Origin: Eledone cirrhosa
Taxonomy: Eukaryota
Length of the DNA stretch: 64,000 bases
Direction: 5' to 3'
Assembly: GCA_964016885.1 (NCBI GenBank)
Contig: OZ024752.1
Span: forward strand, 1,674,001 to 1,738,000
Positions 26,241 through 41,555 of this stretch are shown here, piece after piece. The position numbers and the translations under genes are program-made. How positions within the stretch are numbered: position 1 is the stretch's first letter; each line of letters starts with the position of its first letter. A model generated the notes under the pieces. That model was not told the DNA's origin. It saw only the letters and a list, made by a program, of their open reading frames with translations, and made no database searches.

Positions 26241-27827
26241 ATCCTTCAAAAGTTAGTATTTTTTTATCTACCTTATGTCGTTTGATTTCATATGTGGGAA
26301 GATACATCGAAGTATAAACTAGATTTATTCACACATATATTGTACCAGAACCAACGAAGTTTCCATGTGATATTCAGAGATTTTCTTATTGAAATGTTTT
26401 CTGAAACATACCAACTGACAGTAGCCAATGGAATACTGAAATTTCCAATTTAGTGTATAAACCCTTATAAACAAATATTGGTTTGCAATTTCTATAAAAA
26501 TCTATTTGTAATAACATTCATCAATTATAGCTTATACAAATGAAGAAATAAATATTATTTCTACATACAAATGAAAATAATTGTATGTAAATAAATTTCC
26601 ATTATACAAAACGTAAATTATATTAATTCATGTTCCTAGGAATAAACCTCAGATATATCATACTGTATAGATTTCAATAACAACAATTTATTTTTTATAC
26701 TCAATATGCACGGTAATGTAATCTTTTAATCCAAACGTCCTGAATATGATAAAGGAGTCGATCAACTGAACCTGGAATACTCTTTATCAGTGACAATATT
26801 ATAATTCTGTTTCACATTTTAAAGTATAAATGATTTAATGTTTCCTCTGCACTTTATATTCATGTAGAAAGATTTATACTCATCATGCAATGTTTTACCT
26901 GAGTACATATTTACCTGCTAAGCTCTATGGAATATTAGATGACGTACTTATTTCCATCTTCTGAGTTGGCAGATAGAGCAAGAAAATCTAACTTAACTTT
27001 ACTGATTATTACTAATAAGATGAAAAGCATGGCTCGATGAATTAAGAAAGAACATTCTCTGAATAATTGGAGAAGAAATGTAATAATGGCGTATTAAAGC
27101 CGTGCTATCATAGGTGTATTAGAAATTGTAGAGAACAAATACATTCACACACACACACTCACACACTCACACACTCATATATATATATATATATATGTCA
27201 TTAGATATTTATGTATATATGTCATTCAATATTTTGTAATAATGAAATGCACGGATTTATTATTTGAATTTTTTCTTTGAGCTTATTTTGGGAGACAGGA
27301 CAGCGCTGCCGATGACTGTACGTTCGTACAAAACTGTACGTTTTGCTCAAAATGTTGATGTGCTGTACGTTCGGACGAGTTTGCTGTACGTTTTAGTGAT
27401 CTTGCCATCGATTTATAAAATTCATGTTTTGACGCATTAATTGAGTGCATTTTCACATACGCGCGTTTCGGAGCTTCACAAAAATAAAAGCACGTGTGAA
27501 TGCAGATGAGATTTGTGCATGCAAGCGCGCGTTGACTTATGAACTCAAGAGCGTCTGTAAATTTGCGGGAAGTATATGTCCAGTTTACCACGCCATATCT
27601 GTCATAACACGGGAATTTTTCTCAGAAACTGGTGTAAAAGGTGCGTGAATTTTCTTTCAAAAGTTTGATTGATTAGATTTAATTTTTCAGAGCTAATTTA
27701 TACAACCACATCGTATCAGTCTGAACACAAAAGCAGAATTCTTATAACCTAGAGTGTAAACGGTATGTGATGTTTTTAATAGATTAATTAATTCAAATAA
27801 ATCTTATAGAACTAACTTGAACCAGAT

Positions 27828-29830
27828 ATGAGTGATACAACTGTGAGACGAGAACATTCTTCAGATAACAAACGTAAAGCAGCAGATAAGAAGAAGGCTA
27901 GATGGGCATCGTATGAAAGGAAGCTTCCGTCCAAATTGCTGTACGATGAAAAATGTTCTTCTTGGTTGGAAGTGGGCAAGAACGATACAACTAAAGGCAA
28001 ATGCATATTTTGCAAATGTGAAATTGCCGGAAGTTTGAGTCAAATTGTACGACATGAGCAAACAGAAAAGTACCGCAGAGAATGCAAAAGAAGCGAACAA
28101 AGCAGCGAAATTGACAAATTTCATCCAAGCCTCTTCGTTTTCTTCAGACTCCAGGAAAGTTGTATCTGCTGAATTAAAGTACTGTGCATTTGTTGCTGAG
28201 CATAATCTACATATCTCTATTTTGTACCACTTGTTGTAAACGCCTGTCCTGATTCTAAAAGTGTGTGCCAGAACAAAAGGCACATCCATCTTTTCAAACG
28301 TCATCGGCCCCTATGGCTTCAACACTTTATTAAAGTAGCTTCACTCGACAAAATTCTCCCTCATCATCGATGAAACAACTGATGTTTCAATACTTAAACA
28401 ACTCGTCCTTGTATCCAGATATTACGACGTTGAAATTCAAAAGACTGTCGACGATTTTCTAACGCTTATAGAAATAAATGATTGCAGCGCTGTTGGTATT
28501 TACAATTGTCTTCTATCGTTTTTCAACGAACACGCTATTCCTTTGGAAAATTTGATAGGTTTCGCCTGTGACAATGTGAGTGTTATGATGGGCAGCAAAG
28601 GAGGCGTCCAGCGTTTGTTGAAGCAGACGAGACCATATCTACTTGTGCAAGCCTGTGTTGTCATTAATTAAACTCATGTTCATCAAAAGCGTGCAATGAA
28701 TTACCAAATTCCGTGGAAGAATTGACAAGAAGTATGTATGCATACTTTAGTCACAGTCCTAAGCGGATCAATGAATACAAAGGTCTGCAGAAAATAGCTT
28801 CAATTGATCCTCACAAAATCCTGCATGCAAGCTGCACGAGCTGGCTGTCTCTCAAGCAAGTTGTGGAGCGCATTTTAGAGCAGTGGCCAACATTTCTGGC
28901 ATATTTCACCCAAGCAACATTAGAGGATGGGTGTCTGTCTAGGGCTCGAAATATTCTCATTGAAAAGAAGAATCCTCAAACAAAGATGTATTTTGCATTT
29001 CTATCTTTTATTTTAAACGACTTCAACAAACTTAATCTGGAATTCCAGGTCGAAAGCTATCGGATGCATAAACCCAAAAGAGGAATCAATGCTGGAATGA
29101 AGGGAATGTTGAGCAATTTCATTAAACCTGATTTACTTTCTGTCATCAATGTGTGTGAGATCAATGTCAACGATTAAACGGCACACCAACCATTAGATCG
29201 TATCTACTTTGGTGCTGTTGCTGAGAGCATTTTACACGACAATTCTACCACCATTGCCCTTGATGAATTGCTGACCTTCCGACCGAATATACTACGATTC
29301 TTTGTTTGTCTTTCAAACCAAATGCTAATGCGGTTTCTCTCCTGCAATATGCAGAACAATTTGGAACTACTTGAGGCATTAGACCCAAGCAATGTGATGG
29401 AGGGAAGGCCGAGGTCAATAATTCCACTTGTTATGCGATTTCCAAGTCTTTGTGATGAGAAAGATTACGGAGAGATAAATCAGGAATGGCGCTACCTGAC
29501 GAATTAAGGTTCTTCATTCATCCCGCACAACGATCCAGAAAAATGTTGGTTTGCTGTCTCACAAGAGAAGTGTGGCGATGAGAACCGTTACCTTCCGCTG
29601 TCTACTATTATCATTAGTATTCTTTCTTTACCCCACTCCTTCGCAGCGGCGGAAAGAATGTTCTCTGTTCTCCACTCTATTAAAACAAAGAATGGAAATT
29701 GTTTGAAAACTTCCACTCTTAACGCTCTTGTTAGGTGGAAATATTTGTTACGACATGTCGACTGCACGAGGTGGGAGCCCGATGAACATCTTTGCAAAAC
29801 TTTATTTGAAAAATCCCGCCGAGGTTAACT
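27828..29830 (+). pseudogene. hAT transposase (ZNF862-like) with stops and frameshifts
   Basis: CIFC..H Zn-finger-like, FSLIIDETTDVS, IGFACDNVSVMMG, YFSHSPKR, TSWLSL..VVERILEQW, LSLPHSFAAAERMFS dimerisation motif. Confidence 0.9.
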
Positions 29831-29921
29831 TTGCCTTTCATCGTTACATGGTCGATAAAATAAAGTACCAGTAATGCACTGGGTCATTGCTGGCCTTGTG
29901 CCAAAAGTAGAAACAATTATT
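29811..29921 (+). mobile_element. 5'-truncated SINE nested in the hAT element
   Basis: aaatcccgccgaggttaactttgcctttcatc...ggccttgtgccaaaagtagaaacaatt. Confidence 0.85.
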
Positions 29922-30741
29922 TGAAAAGAATTAGTACAACAGAGAACCTTATGTTTAAATTGTCAATAAATGTTGTTAATTTCAAAAATATGTATAAAAA
30001 GAGTGTTTTTGGGGATTTAGTAAAATACTGTACGTTTTGGTCAGATTCTGTATGTTTGGAAAAAAAATTCTGTACATTTTGAAATAAACTTTCGGCAGCG
30101 CTGCAAGACACATGTTCGAGGTTATCTCGAACATGACACCGATAACTTTGAATATAATATATATAACATGTTTATGCTCCAACTTGGTTGAGCTGTTAAT
30201 ATGTTGAGAGGATAAACTGCTATTTCTAGTTGGCATGAACCCTTTCAGCTCATTGCAGACAATGACAGCGTGCCTTGGTCTTTTCTAATAATACCATGTG
30301 TTTCTATCGTCGTCTTCAGTTCTGTATTTTAACCGGTGTAAGTTTAGATCGATTCACTCACTGAAGATCCAGATCGAATTTCTAACTTCACCGATGTTTG
30401 GTGAAATGTATTCATGATTTGTGAAGGATACATATCAAGGGAAATATATATGATTTTATCAGGTACCTATATTTTAAATTTTTGTTAAATTTTAATATGA
30501 TACTATAACGATTTATGTATTCTTACATTCTATACAGATTGTCTCTTGTTAAAGATTGATATGTCCTATTGTACATTTATATCATTAGATATTTATATAT
30601 ATTTTTCATTCACTATTTTGTAATGATTAAATGCTCGGATTTATTCGTTGAATGTTTTCTTTGAGCTTATGTTTGCAGACAAGACATGTTCGAGATTATC
30701 GCAAACAGGACTATATACTTTGAATATAATATATGTCAAAA

Positions 30742-30926
30742 AATTATTTCTACTTTTGGCACAAGGCCAGTAATTAAATCAGTGCATTACTGGTACTTTA
30801 TTTTATAGATCCCGTAAGGATGAAAGGCAAAGTTAACCTCGGTAGGATTTAAACTCAGACCGTAAAGGGACATAACTCTATGCTGGAAAGCATGGCGTCC
30901 GAGCCTCTACCGATAGTGCCAATCGG
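30742..30926 (-). mobile_element. SINE, abundant family
   Basis: Reverse complement of the same family including the 5' head. Confidence 0.85.
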
Positions 30927-31447
30927 TAATGAGAGTAAACAAGTCAAACCATTAGGTAGTCTTGATAACGAATTTGGAACGCAAGGTGAAATGTATTAGT
31001 GTCGATAAGATGTTTGCGATATAAATAAATTGAATACTTGTAGACTTTATTCCGGTGAAAATACTCGCCTCACCGTGTTAAACTTTTACTGGGATACAGC
31101 AAATGATTTTCTTTAAATTATATTTGTATTCGTAGAATTCACTAGAAACAGATCACTAACAGTAGATCTGCTACCTATCAGAATTGAGAGGCCACAGCTC
31201 CGATACTACGAACATGTGGTTGAAAATTCCGAAGAAAGTATTGCTGGAAAAATTTCAACGGACATGTTACACGAGGAGAGACATGAACTCGGCTGGTCTC
31301 GTTTCCGGTTCTATCCGGATCAATTGTAGACCGTGGGTTTAGACAGAACCTACCGGAAGGCGTGCATGAGTAATTTGCCTACAGAGACGTACCAGGAATA
31401 AATGAGCCAAGAAGTTACATACACACGCACACTCACACACACACCCA

Positions 31448-31482
<35 letters not shown>

Positions 31483-31657
31483 ATACATACATACACACAC
31501 ACACACACACGCATATATATATATATATATAAATATATGAATATATTTTCTGACATGCACACATATAAACACACACAAACGCGTGCACACACACATACAC
31601 ACACATAGACATACACATACACACACACACATACACACACACGCACACACACACACG

Positions 31658-31735
<78 letters not shown>

Positions 31736-32298
31736 TATATGTGTGTGTGTGTGTATATATATGCCTCAGTGAAATATGCCACATGATTAGCAACATAAAG
31801 TGAGTTGGTTTGCTAACGGAGTTGTCTCACGAGGTATAGAGAAATATATAATACACATATGAGTGGTAATATAATAATACATTCCTAACTTGTATGTTAT
31901 GTGACTCAGATGAAAGAAATATAACTTGTCACTGGTCGATAAATCATTGATTTTTATCAGGGATATATTTATATTAGTTTCAGTATGTTCGTTTTTGCAG
32001 ATAAATAAGAGAAAATTCAAAACCTTGATCTACTATTCGGTTGGTTTCATAGTAATTTTTTCTGGTTACTCTAGCTATGAAACTTGCATGAATATCTCTA
32101 GTCACATAAACCAAGCGTGCATGATGCCAAAAATCCAATATCACAGGCAATACCAAAAAAGCAAACAGAGATGTGGGACATGTATAAACTCGTACATGTA
32201 TATATATATATATGTCTATGTGTGTGTGTGTGTGCGTCTATTTATATACATATATATGTGTGATGTGTACATGCATATTTACAAACATGTATGTATAT

Positions 32299-32403
<105 letters not shown>

Positions 32404-32984
32404 TATATATACATACATGTGCGTGTGTGTGTATCTGTCTCTGTGCGTGTGTGTGTGTGTTGTATAAATTCCTGTATATTGATTTTTGTTGTAGCATGTG
32501 TGAATATTTATGTCCGCGCGTGTGTGTTTGAATATAATCAATGATGCAAATCAGAAAAAAATACGAACATGCGCATCATGTCTTGTAGAATACTATAGAT
32601 TTCATCTAATCATCAAATCCTTTTAACCTCTACACGGTAAATATCAAAGAAAAACAATACTCACAATCAAAATAGATTTCTTATAATACTGTCGAGTAAA
32701 TACAGCCTGGAAGAATACACATCAATGATTTCATGGACAATATCAAAGTTTAGTAGTGACAGATACTAGCGAGAGCGGATACGGTATAAAACAAGGATAA
32801 GAAGCAATGGCTTATTGTAAATGGTCTCAAATCGAATTCAATGATCACGGTTGGGTAACATAGATCTTTTGACTACGAAGCGTTTTATAAAACATGTAAT
32901 GATTGATATTTATGCATACATACGTGCATGCACACATGCATACATACACACACGTGCGCTCGCATAGACACACACACACGCGCG

Positions 32985-33086
<102 letters not shown>

Positions 33087-36000
33087 AATTCTTTTAAATG
33101 CTTACATTTATCTTCTGGGATTTATTGTTATATATGTTTTCTCTGCCCTAAAACGCCAGCCAATTTTTTCATACTTATCTATGCATTGATCTGTCAATCA
33201 GTAGTTATCCTCTGTGTGTATTTCCTCTATCAAAATATCGATATCTCTGTCCATGTGTTCACTAATTCGGTAACATATCACATAATTCATAATAGCTCTG
33301 TTTTCTTCGATTCATTTCTTTATCCACGTATTATCTTTGTATCTGCCTTGCAATTTTACTATTTATCTTCTGAATGTTAATCTTTTTTTTCGCATAATCA
33401 TTGTATATATTGTATATTTTCCCTCGAAACATACATGTCCTGTTACATCCGGAGATATATATTACATAACGTACACACACGAATGTGTGTAGTAAATTCC
33501 TTAATTGTATTTACTGACGGCTTTCATGCTGCTATTAAGTTTTAAAAAAGCAATGCTCACTTCGTTTGGATTTATGAATGTATAGATAATGAATAGGTAA
33601 GTGCTCAGTTATATAATACGAAAGACAACATGTATGTTTATCGCGGGGCATTACACAATAATTATATCAGACTATCAAGAAATTACTTTGGTTTATGGTA
33701 GTCGGTGGATCGAAGCTTCGATCTCGTTTACAAGGTAGCAGTATGTAATATATTATGTCAGGAAATATGTAGGTTATACTGATAACAGATGATATGAAGT
33801 TATATGTGATTACTTGGTCAATGTTTTTTTTCTAGAAATAGGTATTTTTCTTCGACATTCATGCATATTTTTGTTTTCAAAATGTTATAGGCTTATTTTA
33901 ACTAATAGTTCATTAAGGTTTAGTTCAGGATGTTTTCATTTATTACTGTTTCATATTAAAACGACTTGAAACGTTTCTTCTTCCTTGAAAATATAATCTC
34001 CAGGGAGGTACCAATTCCATATGACTAATATATTTGAATGTGTGAAAAATAGGATTATATAAATTGACACTTGACAACATTAAATCCTGGAATCCTGGAA
34101 AATGAATGAGTAAATTCTATATTATTACCGTCGAATTTAGAAATGTTTTCAACAAGAAACGGAAGAAGGTTTATTATAATTAGAAGAAAGTACAATATTG
34201 AGCACAATATCTTCTCTCTCTGTGGTATAATTTCAAATGCCTCTTCAGAAATTGGTGTCAAAAGTAAGAGTGCAAATTGTTAATATTTAATTATATGATG
34301 GCTCCGTCCTGACATAATATATTTTGTATAAACCTTTGTCCTTGTGTATATTTGTGTAAAATGACTGGTTCTCAAAATTCTGTGTTTGGTTTAGAAAATG
34401 AGCGTTATAGGGCTCCAATAGATAAATAAATCATTTAAAAACATCTGTTTAATATCATATATGCATTTGAAGCCAATGTTTAATGCTTTGACGAAAATGC
34501 TTCGTATTTATTGAGGCCAGAATAAGGACGTTGTTCCAAAAATTAAACCTAACAATCTGCTCATCTCTTGTGTCTATATAAACCAACTTAATCTATAAAC
34601 AAAATAGTCATTTCTGTGACTGGTGTATAATTTGTTTGCGGCACATTAGTCAGCTTGTTAAATTATGTAGCATTATCTGAATATTGTGTTCGATAACGTT
34701 GCCAATTAAAGTTATTTCATTCCAGAGAGGTGTTTAATGTTTCTATGAATATTATTTGCAGCTAATTTTACACAAATATTTTACATCAATACATTAACTT
34801 CTTTTTAGCATCATAGAAAAAAATTAATGTGGTAAATTATTTGGAAAATTAATAATTTTATTACCTACGAATTATATACAATAGCAAAAGAAACAATAAC
34901 TTCGATATAATAATATTATCCTATTACCAAAGAGATGATATGCAGTATATTTGATGCACCTGACAAACGTTGCTGCTATAATGAGCTACAGTAACATTTA
35001 TCTGTTGCCATTTTCCCACTGGTGATTTGTATTTCATCTGTCAGTGGTATATAAATTAACGAAACGTTTGAATAATAAAATTACAAAAAACGACTGTCCT
35101 CTCTTCTCATGTTCATGGACTCGGATTTTATCGAAATGTGATTAAAATAAATTGATTAGTATACGATTTCAGAGTTGATAGGGTTTAATTTGAACAAAGA
35201 TTCGTCGAAATTATTAGATTTTAAATGAAATTCAATGTATTCGTCTTAGCAGTAACATTTAGTTGTTTTTTAGATCTTGACACATTGGTGAAACATCACA
35301 CACTATATTGATTAATATTGAGGTTTTCTTTCATAAGACTAACTCCATGTAGAAAAAATCAGCGTCCATAACCAGCTTCAGAGCTAGTGGATAGATAGAC
35401 TGGATATCACCATTGAAATGTATTTTGCTAAAGACATGCTTTGTAGATCATGTGACGAAATATATCTCACAGGAACGTTCGTACAATTTCCGTCTGCCAT
35501 ATTTAACACACAAAACTTGGCTGTTAGTGATGATAGTCGTATCCGCCTCAAGTTTCCTAATAATTAGGCTGGAAATTGGACCCACGTATTTTCAAAGATA
35601 AAAATCAATTTATCTATATCATTTTAGTATTTCCGATAACCAGTTAATTTTAATAATTTCATTTTGTTTCGATATATATGTCTGTATCATAATTGTGCGC
35701 ATCCAACTGTTATGTTTTTCGATGAGTTTTCTGAAAAGGTGTGGTGGGAGAAGAATAGCTTTGTTTGGAATCATTATATATAGTTTGTTGTTAATAGTTA
35801 TCCTCTGGTTTTTGTTGGTTTTGCAGCTGGTATTGCATCTACTGTTGGTCTTTGTCAGTTTAGTGGTTGTTCATGGTGCTAGTTGTTGTTACTTATGTTA
35901 GAATTGCTGCTACTACTAAGGTCAGCGCTGTTGTTGTCGATCCTTTTGACATTAATGATGTAGTTGTTCTTTTTGGAAATTGGAAATTTCCTTCACACCC

Positions 36001-37115
36001 TGCTATTGTCAGCGCCGTACTGCATTCACCTGTTTATTCTTGGGGAGAGAAAGCTATTTAAATGCCTTTCGTCATCATATAAATAGCAGGGACGTGTTCG
36101 GCCCTCAACCTCAACAGTTAACTGAATCCCATTCGGAATACGCTATGGGAATTTATTTGGATTTTCCTGTTTATCTGAGACAGTACCTCCAACGTTACCC
36201 AAGACGTATTCTCTCGTCGAGTTCTTGTTAGTAGCAGGAGCAGTGTGCTTCTCTCCCCTACGGCATAGACCGTAATCCAGCACATGTAAAGCCCAATTAA
36301 GGCACCGAAAATCCTGGCCATTTCTATTTTTCGACCTAAAGTGAATTGAAGAAATCGTATTTAATGCTGCGATAATGGACCAAAGGATATATTAGGAAGA
36401 AAGGTTCACTTCCGAAAGGAACGTTAGTGCCGCCTACCGGCCTGAGCCTGCTTAACCACATACTATATTTGTTTTACGTCCCAGTAAACAAGGCTAATGA
36501 TGCTGCCTCGAGGTGCTCGTTATCGTGCAGCTGCTGTCAACATTCCTGAAGTATTTGGCTGCCTGCAAAAAGTATACGTCTAATTTGAGAAAGGCTATTT
36601 TAAAGAGTTCCCGTGTTTTTGATGCTGTAGACGGGGAAGTGTGTGTTGTTAATTCCATCCATATTTTCATAGAAGTGTTGTTGTTGGTGTCAATGTATTC
36701 TGATAGATAATTCGTTCTTCTTATTTCTCTTGTTGCTTATCTTTTTCTCTGTCGTTGTTCATGGTCATACAGCTGTTGATCTTCTGTTTTCATAGGTGTC
36801 ATTTAAAACTGCCGTGCATCTATCACCGTGTTTTCCTTCGTTCCTTTTGGTCATGCTGTTCCAATTAGTGTTATTATATTACTAATGATTATGGTATTAT
36901 TCTTGCTTTCAGTGATATCATTTGTGATTGTAGTGATGGTGGTGGTAATAATTTTAGTCATGGCATTGTTCTGAGTGTTACTAAGCTAACATGTGTTGTG
37001 TTTTGTTGTTAAATACAAATGTTTCTGTTAATACTGTCGCAGGGTCTAATATTGGTGTTGCTGTTGATGGCAATATTAGCTTTTTTTGTTGGAATGTTGG
37101 TGCTGTGTGGTTTAT

Positions 37116-37495
37116 GTAGATGTAGCCTGCCCATTTGATACGAGAGTGCACTAAAAGGAGAGGGAGAAAATTAACCGATACCAGGATTTAAAGTGGGAGT
37201 TTAAAAGGATTTGGAACTGCCAAGAAATCAAGGTCGTCCCGATTGTCCTAGGCGTACTAGATACTACCTCAAAGTGTTTCCAACGATGGTTAAAGAAGAT
37301 TAGTCGAGCCCCACACTTTGGAACACTTCAAAAGGCATGCTTGCTGGGAACAGCAAGAACCCTCCGATACGTCCTGAATGTCTGAGGCTGCAGGTAGCGG
37401 CTTCATATTCATTCCAACAAACTTTCCAGTAAAATAACATCAATGACTGAGACTCAAAGAACAATAATAATAACAATATTATTAATAATAATAAT
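37116..37495 (+). mobile_element. 3' end of an R4/Dong-type non-LTR retrotransposon (restriction-like endonuclease)
   Basis: 37116-37385 translates VDVACPFDTRVH*KEREKINRYQDLKWEFKRIW..VVPIVLGVL..LQKACLLGTARTLRYVLNV*, then a short UTR and (TAA)n-like tail. Confidence 0.88.
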
Positions 37496-37900
37496 GGTTT
37501 CTACTATTGGCACACTGCCAGCAATTATCCCAGTGTATTACTGGTACTTTATTTTATCGACCCCGTAAGGATGAAAGTCAAAGTTAACATCGGTGGGATT
37601 TGAACTCAGAATGACAAGGGCCGTAACTCTATGCTGGAAAGCATGGCGTCCGACTCTCTACCGATACTGCCAATTGACCTAATAATAATAATTGTTTTCA
37701 ATTTAGGCACAAACGTTTGGGAAGGGGAAAGTCGATTAAATCGACCCCGGTCCGTAAAAGGTACTTCATTTTATCGGCACCGTAATGGTAACATGCAAAG
37801 GTAACTTTTGCTGGATTTGAAATCAGAACGTAAAGAGACGTAACTCTATCCTGCAAATCATGTTGCCCGAGGCTCTATCAATTCTGCCCATCCACTGCCC
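37494..37900 (-). mobile_element. Two adjacent SINE copies (37494-37680 and 37690-37900)
   Basis: ggtactttattttatcgaccccgtaaggatgaaag...ggatttgaactcagaa present twice. Confidence 0.82.
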
Positions 37901-38664
37901 TAACAATGATGTGGAAAATAAAAACTGGAACAATAACTTTAATAATAAGTGCTATGGTAATGATAAAAAACGCAAATTGAAATACATAAGCCAAACCACA
38001 GGACTTAAAAATATATACAGCAAAAAAAAAAAAAAAGTACTACTAGACACTGCACACATATTACGTAAAGCACAATAGAAACAATACCAGCAAAAACCAA
38101 ATGGTCCTATATCAAGGGTGCACAGAGCTGTGCTCGGCAAAGGAGTACTGATGCACATTAAAAATAATAATAGTAATAATAATAGAAATAATAACAATAA
38201 TAACAACAGCAACAACAAGAATAATAATGTTTAGAATTCATTGAACAAAAAAAATGGGCTGAAATATGATAAAACTAAGTGATATACATTGATATAGTAA
38301 TCTATAATAATATTACTCCAGAATTAATCTATTTACGTTTAGCCACTGCATCACTTTATATTATGTCCGTTTTGTTTAGTGAGGAAATAAACGAATATTT
38401 CTCTCCATACTCTTTTTAGTATCAATTTGATAACACTCAAAAAGAGAAATCAAAAATAAATATGAAAAGAAAATATAAAGAACGCGTCAAAATGAGGTTT
38501 ATTTTATAAGGTAACTGCAAGAACGGTTAACATTTATAACTGATGTCTTTCACTGTGTATCAGTAGCTAAAGCGTTGTTTATATGTGTGTAATCACACAG
38601 ACACAGACGTGCGCACGTACAGAAAACACGCACACATGTGTACATACATATATGCATACACACA

Positions 38665-38730
<66 letters not shown>

Positions 38731-38753
38731 TGCGTGCGCATATATATATATAT

Positions 38754-38794
<41 letters not shown>

Positions 38795-40075
38795 TGTATG
38801 TATATATATAACAATAACCAGATACGTTGTGGCTGCATACGATGTGTCGAAATATAGCTGACACAGATTGTCTGCATTACCATCTATCAACATTTGTTGG
38901 CGCAAATTAAGATGAACAATTGGGATAAATGGCCTGCAAAGGTGGTAAAAACAAATGGCCTTCCCTATTCGATAATGCACTGCTTGCAAGATTGATATCA
39001 ACACTTAAAATAACAGACGAGCCATCTGCAACACTTCGGTTGTCAATTGGCTTTCTTTCTTTAGAATCACATTAAGCGAAATCTACACACAACGAGAATT
39101 ACATTGAAAATAATATTCTCTATATATAACCTAGAGAACTCCCTTGAAGAGGGGAGACGTTATGTATTTTTTCTTTGTTTATGTTGCTTATGTTACTATG
39201 AGTAAATTAATTTATGACTTTTACTTGGTTGTTCACTGTATCTCTAACATTACAATACACTAGCAGAAGCATATACGCAATCATTCATTCAAATACTCGG
39301 ATAATTATGTATACACGTGTAGTGTATGTATGTAAATACATATATCTGTTTAAGCTGGTTTTCAACACTGGTATTTTATGCAACTTACTGGTAATATCCT
39401 GAAGAATGGAATATTTATGTTTCTTTTTATTACATATAATAATGGTGGATGAAACTTATTTAAGAAAAAAAAGTAAATACTACATTAGGATTTTTCATGT
39501 ATATTTGTTCTCTCTTTAGTAGCTGCTACGTATTTATTCTCAAACGGAACGATTTACTGAAATGTCATCCCTTATATTAGGCCTCTGTCATTCATAATAT
39601 GTTCTTCACGAAAATTCCTTAATTTAATTGTTTCCTTCAATCTTACGAAATATAAAACCTCGGATGAATTCATCTGTTGTCAAATGTAACCACGCGAATA
39701 CGTATAGCAATTTTCATCATGTCTCTCCACAGCATACCCTAAGAAAAATATGTATTTTTTATGCTAAGCGCATGGAATTTGAATAATCTGAGCGTTTGCA
39801 TATATACCTATAACCCAACGAAATAAACAATACCTTCCCCGGTAACCAGACTAGTTAAAAAATGGAACAAATTTAATATTACACCCAACCGGTTTAAGCA
39901 TTAGAGAGTGAAAATTCACAATATCTAATTATCTATATGCTCAGCATTCAATTGCATCATATTGTTTCTTTGGGCAAGCAATTTTATATTCCTTAACAGC
40001 ATGAAACTTTGGGATGTGTGTAGGAATAAAACGTATATTGCTTTTTGAAGTTATTATTTACAACTTTATTACAAA

Positions 40076-40260
40076 TAATTGTTTCTACTACTTTAGGCAC
40101 AAAGCCAGCAATTATCCAGTGCATTACTCGTACTTTATTTTATCGACCCCGTACGGATGAAAGGCAAAGTCAACCTCGGCAGGATTTGAACTCAGATCGT
40201 AAAGGGACGTAACTATGCTGGAAAGCATGGCGTCCGACCCTCTACCGATACTGCCAATGG
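40076..40260 (-). mobile_element. SINE, abundant family
   Basis: Close match to 30742-30926. Confidence 0.87.
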
Positions 40261-40594
40261 AACTGAATATCACTATCAACCCCTAAACATTAGATCCCTT
40301 ACGATATATTACCCACACAGGAGAACATATAAAGAACTCCATTCTAGTTTAGAACATTTTCTTTCGGTAGTTTTTATATCAGTTAAGGATACTGTGTTAA
40401 TTACAAGCGCAAATTGGATAAGTACTAACGTTTAATATAACAAATGTCTCCCATGCACACATTAGGTATCATACAGAGAATATACCCCGGACTGATTCGT
40501 AAAAACACCTAAATTACAATGTAAATTATTCGTTAATAAAGTCGTCGTTTTTAATAAAGTCGTCGATTCATCGTTTATCTCTTTTATATATTTA

Positions 40595-40671
<77 letters not shown>

Positions 40672-40866
40672 TGCATGCCTGTTAGTGTGCAGATGCATAC
40701 TTAGAAGACATGGGATATGAAGATATATCAATGCTTTTACAAATAGCACACGAAAAATGATTCTATAGAAAAATACATGAATTGTACATGAATGCATAAA
40801 ATACATAAAATAACGTTAGTACAGAGCAGCTGCATTGTACATGAAAACTATTCATATGATATGCGT

Positions 40867-40930
<64 letters not shown>

Positions 40931-40960
40931 TAGATATGTGTGTGTATGTGTGAGTGTATG

Positions 40961-40993
<33 letters not shown>

Positions 40994-41555
40994 GTATGTG
41001 TGTGTGTGTATGCATATATATATGTATATAATATATTATATCATATTATATATACGTGAAAACACATACATGAGAACACTGAAATATCTGAATTATATGC
41101 ACAAAACTTGAACATTGTTACAATATACCAGTCTCAGTTCTGAAAATGATTTAGACTGTCAAGGAAAGGTGATGTAATATTTACCAGATGATGTAAATAT
41201 TGCATCCATAGATGTTTACCTTGGTATATATGAATCATCATATATGTTCTTACATTTACTAAACGAATATCAATATTTCTTTTTTGTTGTTGGTGTGCGA
41301 AATATTCCTGTTCTCACACTATAGGTGATACTCGCAAGTTAATCTGCATTTTTCACTTAATGTTTCTGAAACTATTCTTGGAGTAGCATACCTAGTTTGT
41401 TAGTGCATCGTATGAATCAAAATATCTCTATGTATTGTGTACAAATTCTAACATGCTTACATCGTAAATGCAAACAAATCTTTAAGATTAATACACGTTA
41501 ATTTATATTAGTTAGTAAAAAGTATTTAAAATGTTGCAATATATTTGGTTATAAT

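Larger units (their letters stand above)
27301..30103 (+). mobile_element. hAT-superfamily DNA transposon, full length, decayed
   Basis: 12-bp TIR cagcgctgccga (27301-27312) / tcggcagcgctg (30092-30103); subterminal ctgtacgtt repeats at both ends; flanks cagga/caaga. Confidence 0.92.
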
